Shown here piece after piece: positions 63,279 to 64,000 of a stretch of 64,000 nt of DNA. Position 1 is the stretch's first letter. Every line of letters starts with the position of its first letter. This DNA is from Octopus bimaculoides (taxonomy: Eukaryota), in the NCBI RefSeq assembly GCF_001194135.2, contig NC_068999.1, positions 3,211,781 to 3,275,780 of the forward strand, given 5' to 3'. The notes under the pieces are model-generated. The model worked only from the letters and a program-made list of their open reading frames with translations. It was not told the origin of the DNA and made no database searches. The position numbers were made by a program, and so were the translations under genes.

Positions 63279-63321
<43 letters not shown>

Positions 63322-63574
63322 ACGAGTGAGTGGACAAATGTAAGAAGGGCACTCAACCAATTTATTGGGAGTTACATGTATGGATCAAAACAGTTTGATT
63401 CAAATTCGTTGGTACTCTTGTAAGAAACACACACATACACACACACACATATATATCTCATCATCATCATCATCATCATCATCATTTAGTGTCTGTGGTT
63501 TGGATGCTTCAGATTTGTCTGCTTGTCAGTTTATCTGTCTCTCAGTCAGTCTAATTATGTACACACCCATCGTC

Positions 63575-63660
63575 AGCATTAATGTCCATTTTCCAGGGTA
63601 GCATGGGTTGGATGGTTTGACAGGATCCAGCGAGCAGCAGGGCTACGTTGGACTCCAGTA
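63575..63660 (-). mobile_element. Family D tail fragment
   Basis: attaatgtccattttccagggtagcatgggttggatggtttgacagg. Confidence 0.65.
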
Positions 63661-64000
63661 CACACACACATATATACATTTACACACACACACATATAAA
63701 ATTGAGGCAGGGCAGTGCTTGTGATACTGTGCAGGACATCTAAGACAAGTGGGAGGAGGGAACAAAGGCATCCTGAAATCAAAGACCAGGTCCAAACACT
63801 TGCAACAAAGTATTGGGAGGGGGGTGTATCTATGAAAGCGGATCTGCCAAGCTGCCGCCAGGTGTGGTGTTAAATTGGTCTATGGACTAAGCCCATCACC
63901 CAAATATATCATGGTGAGATTTGAACTCCCGGTGCAAAGAGTCAGAACAACTACCACAACGATTGCCATCTGTCACTCTACTGACTCTGCTAGTTCACCA

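Overview
Eukaryotic, AT-rich, microsatellite-saturated draft-assembly sequence with many N gaps. The repeat families and (CA)/(TA)/(CAT)/(ATT) tracts look like an octopod cephalopod genome (Octopus-like); this is inferred from recall, not from a search. No long protein-coding ORF is supported: the supplied ORFs are microsatellite translations, N-gap read-throughs or retroelement remnants. The best gene signal is a CpG-retaining promoter-like region (~2640-2780) followed by a plausible first coding exon (2853-2951, MTERKFRQALQKVGCAAKVRANVSQAVRESIIS, donor GTGAGT; protein not recognised), so much of the window may be intron of a large plus-strand gene. The rest is tRNA-headed SINE families, RTE-type tails, decayed RTE, Tx1/L1-like and CR1/L2-like LINE fragments, and hAT-type MITEs. 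Two signals stand out. (1) Two unrelated minimal type I hammerhead ribozymes (30055-30100 and 44303-44345), each preceded by an inverted copy that begins inside the ribozyme and covers its cleavage site, plus a possible decayed third at ~16452-16500 on the minus strand. (2) A consensus recursive-splice-site / RS-exon motif at 46984-47063 (branch point, pyrimidine tract, AG|GTAAGT, 38 nt, second GTAAGT). Repeat boundaries were read by eye and are approximate.
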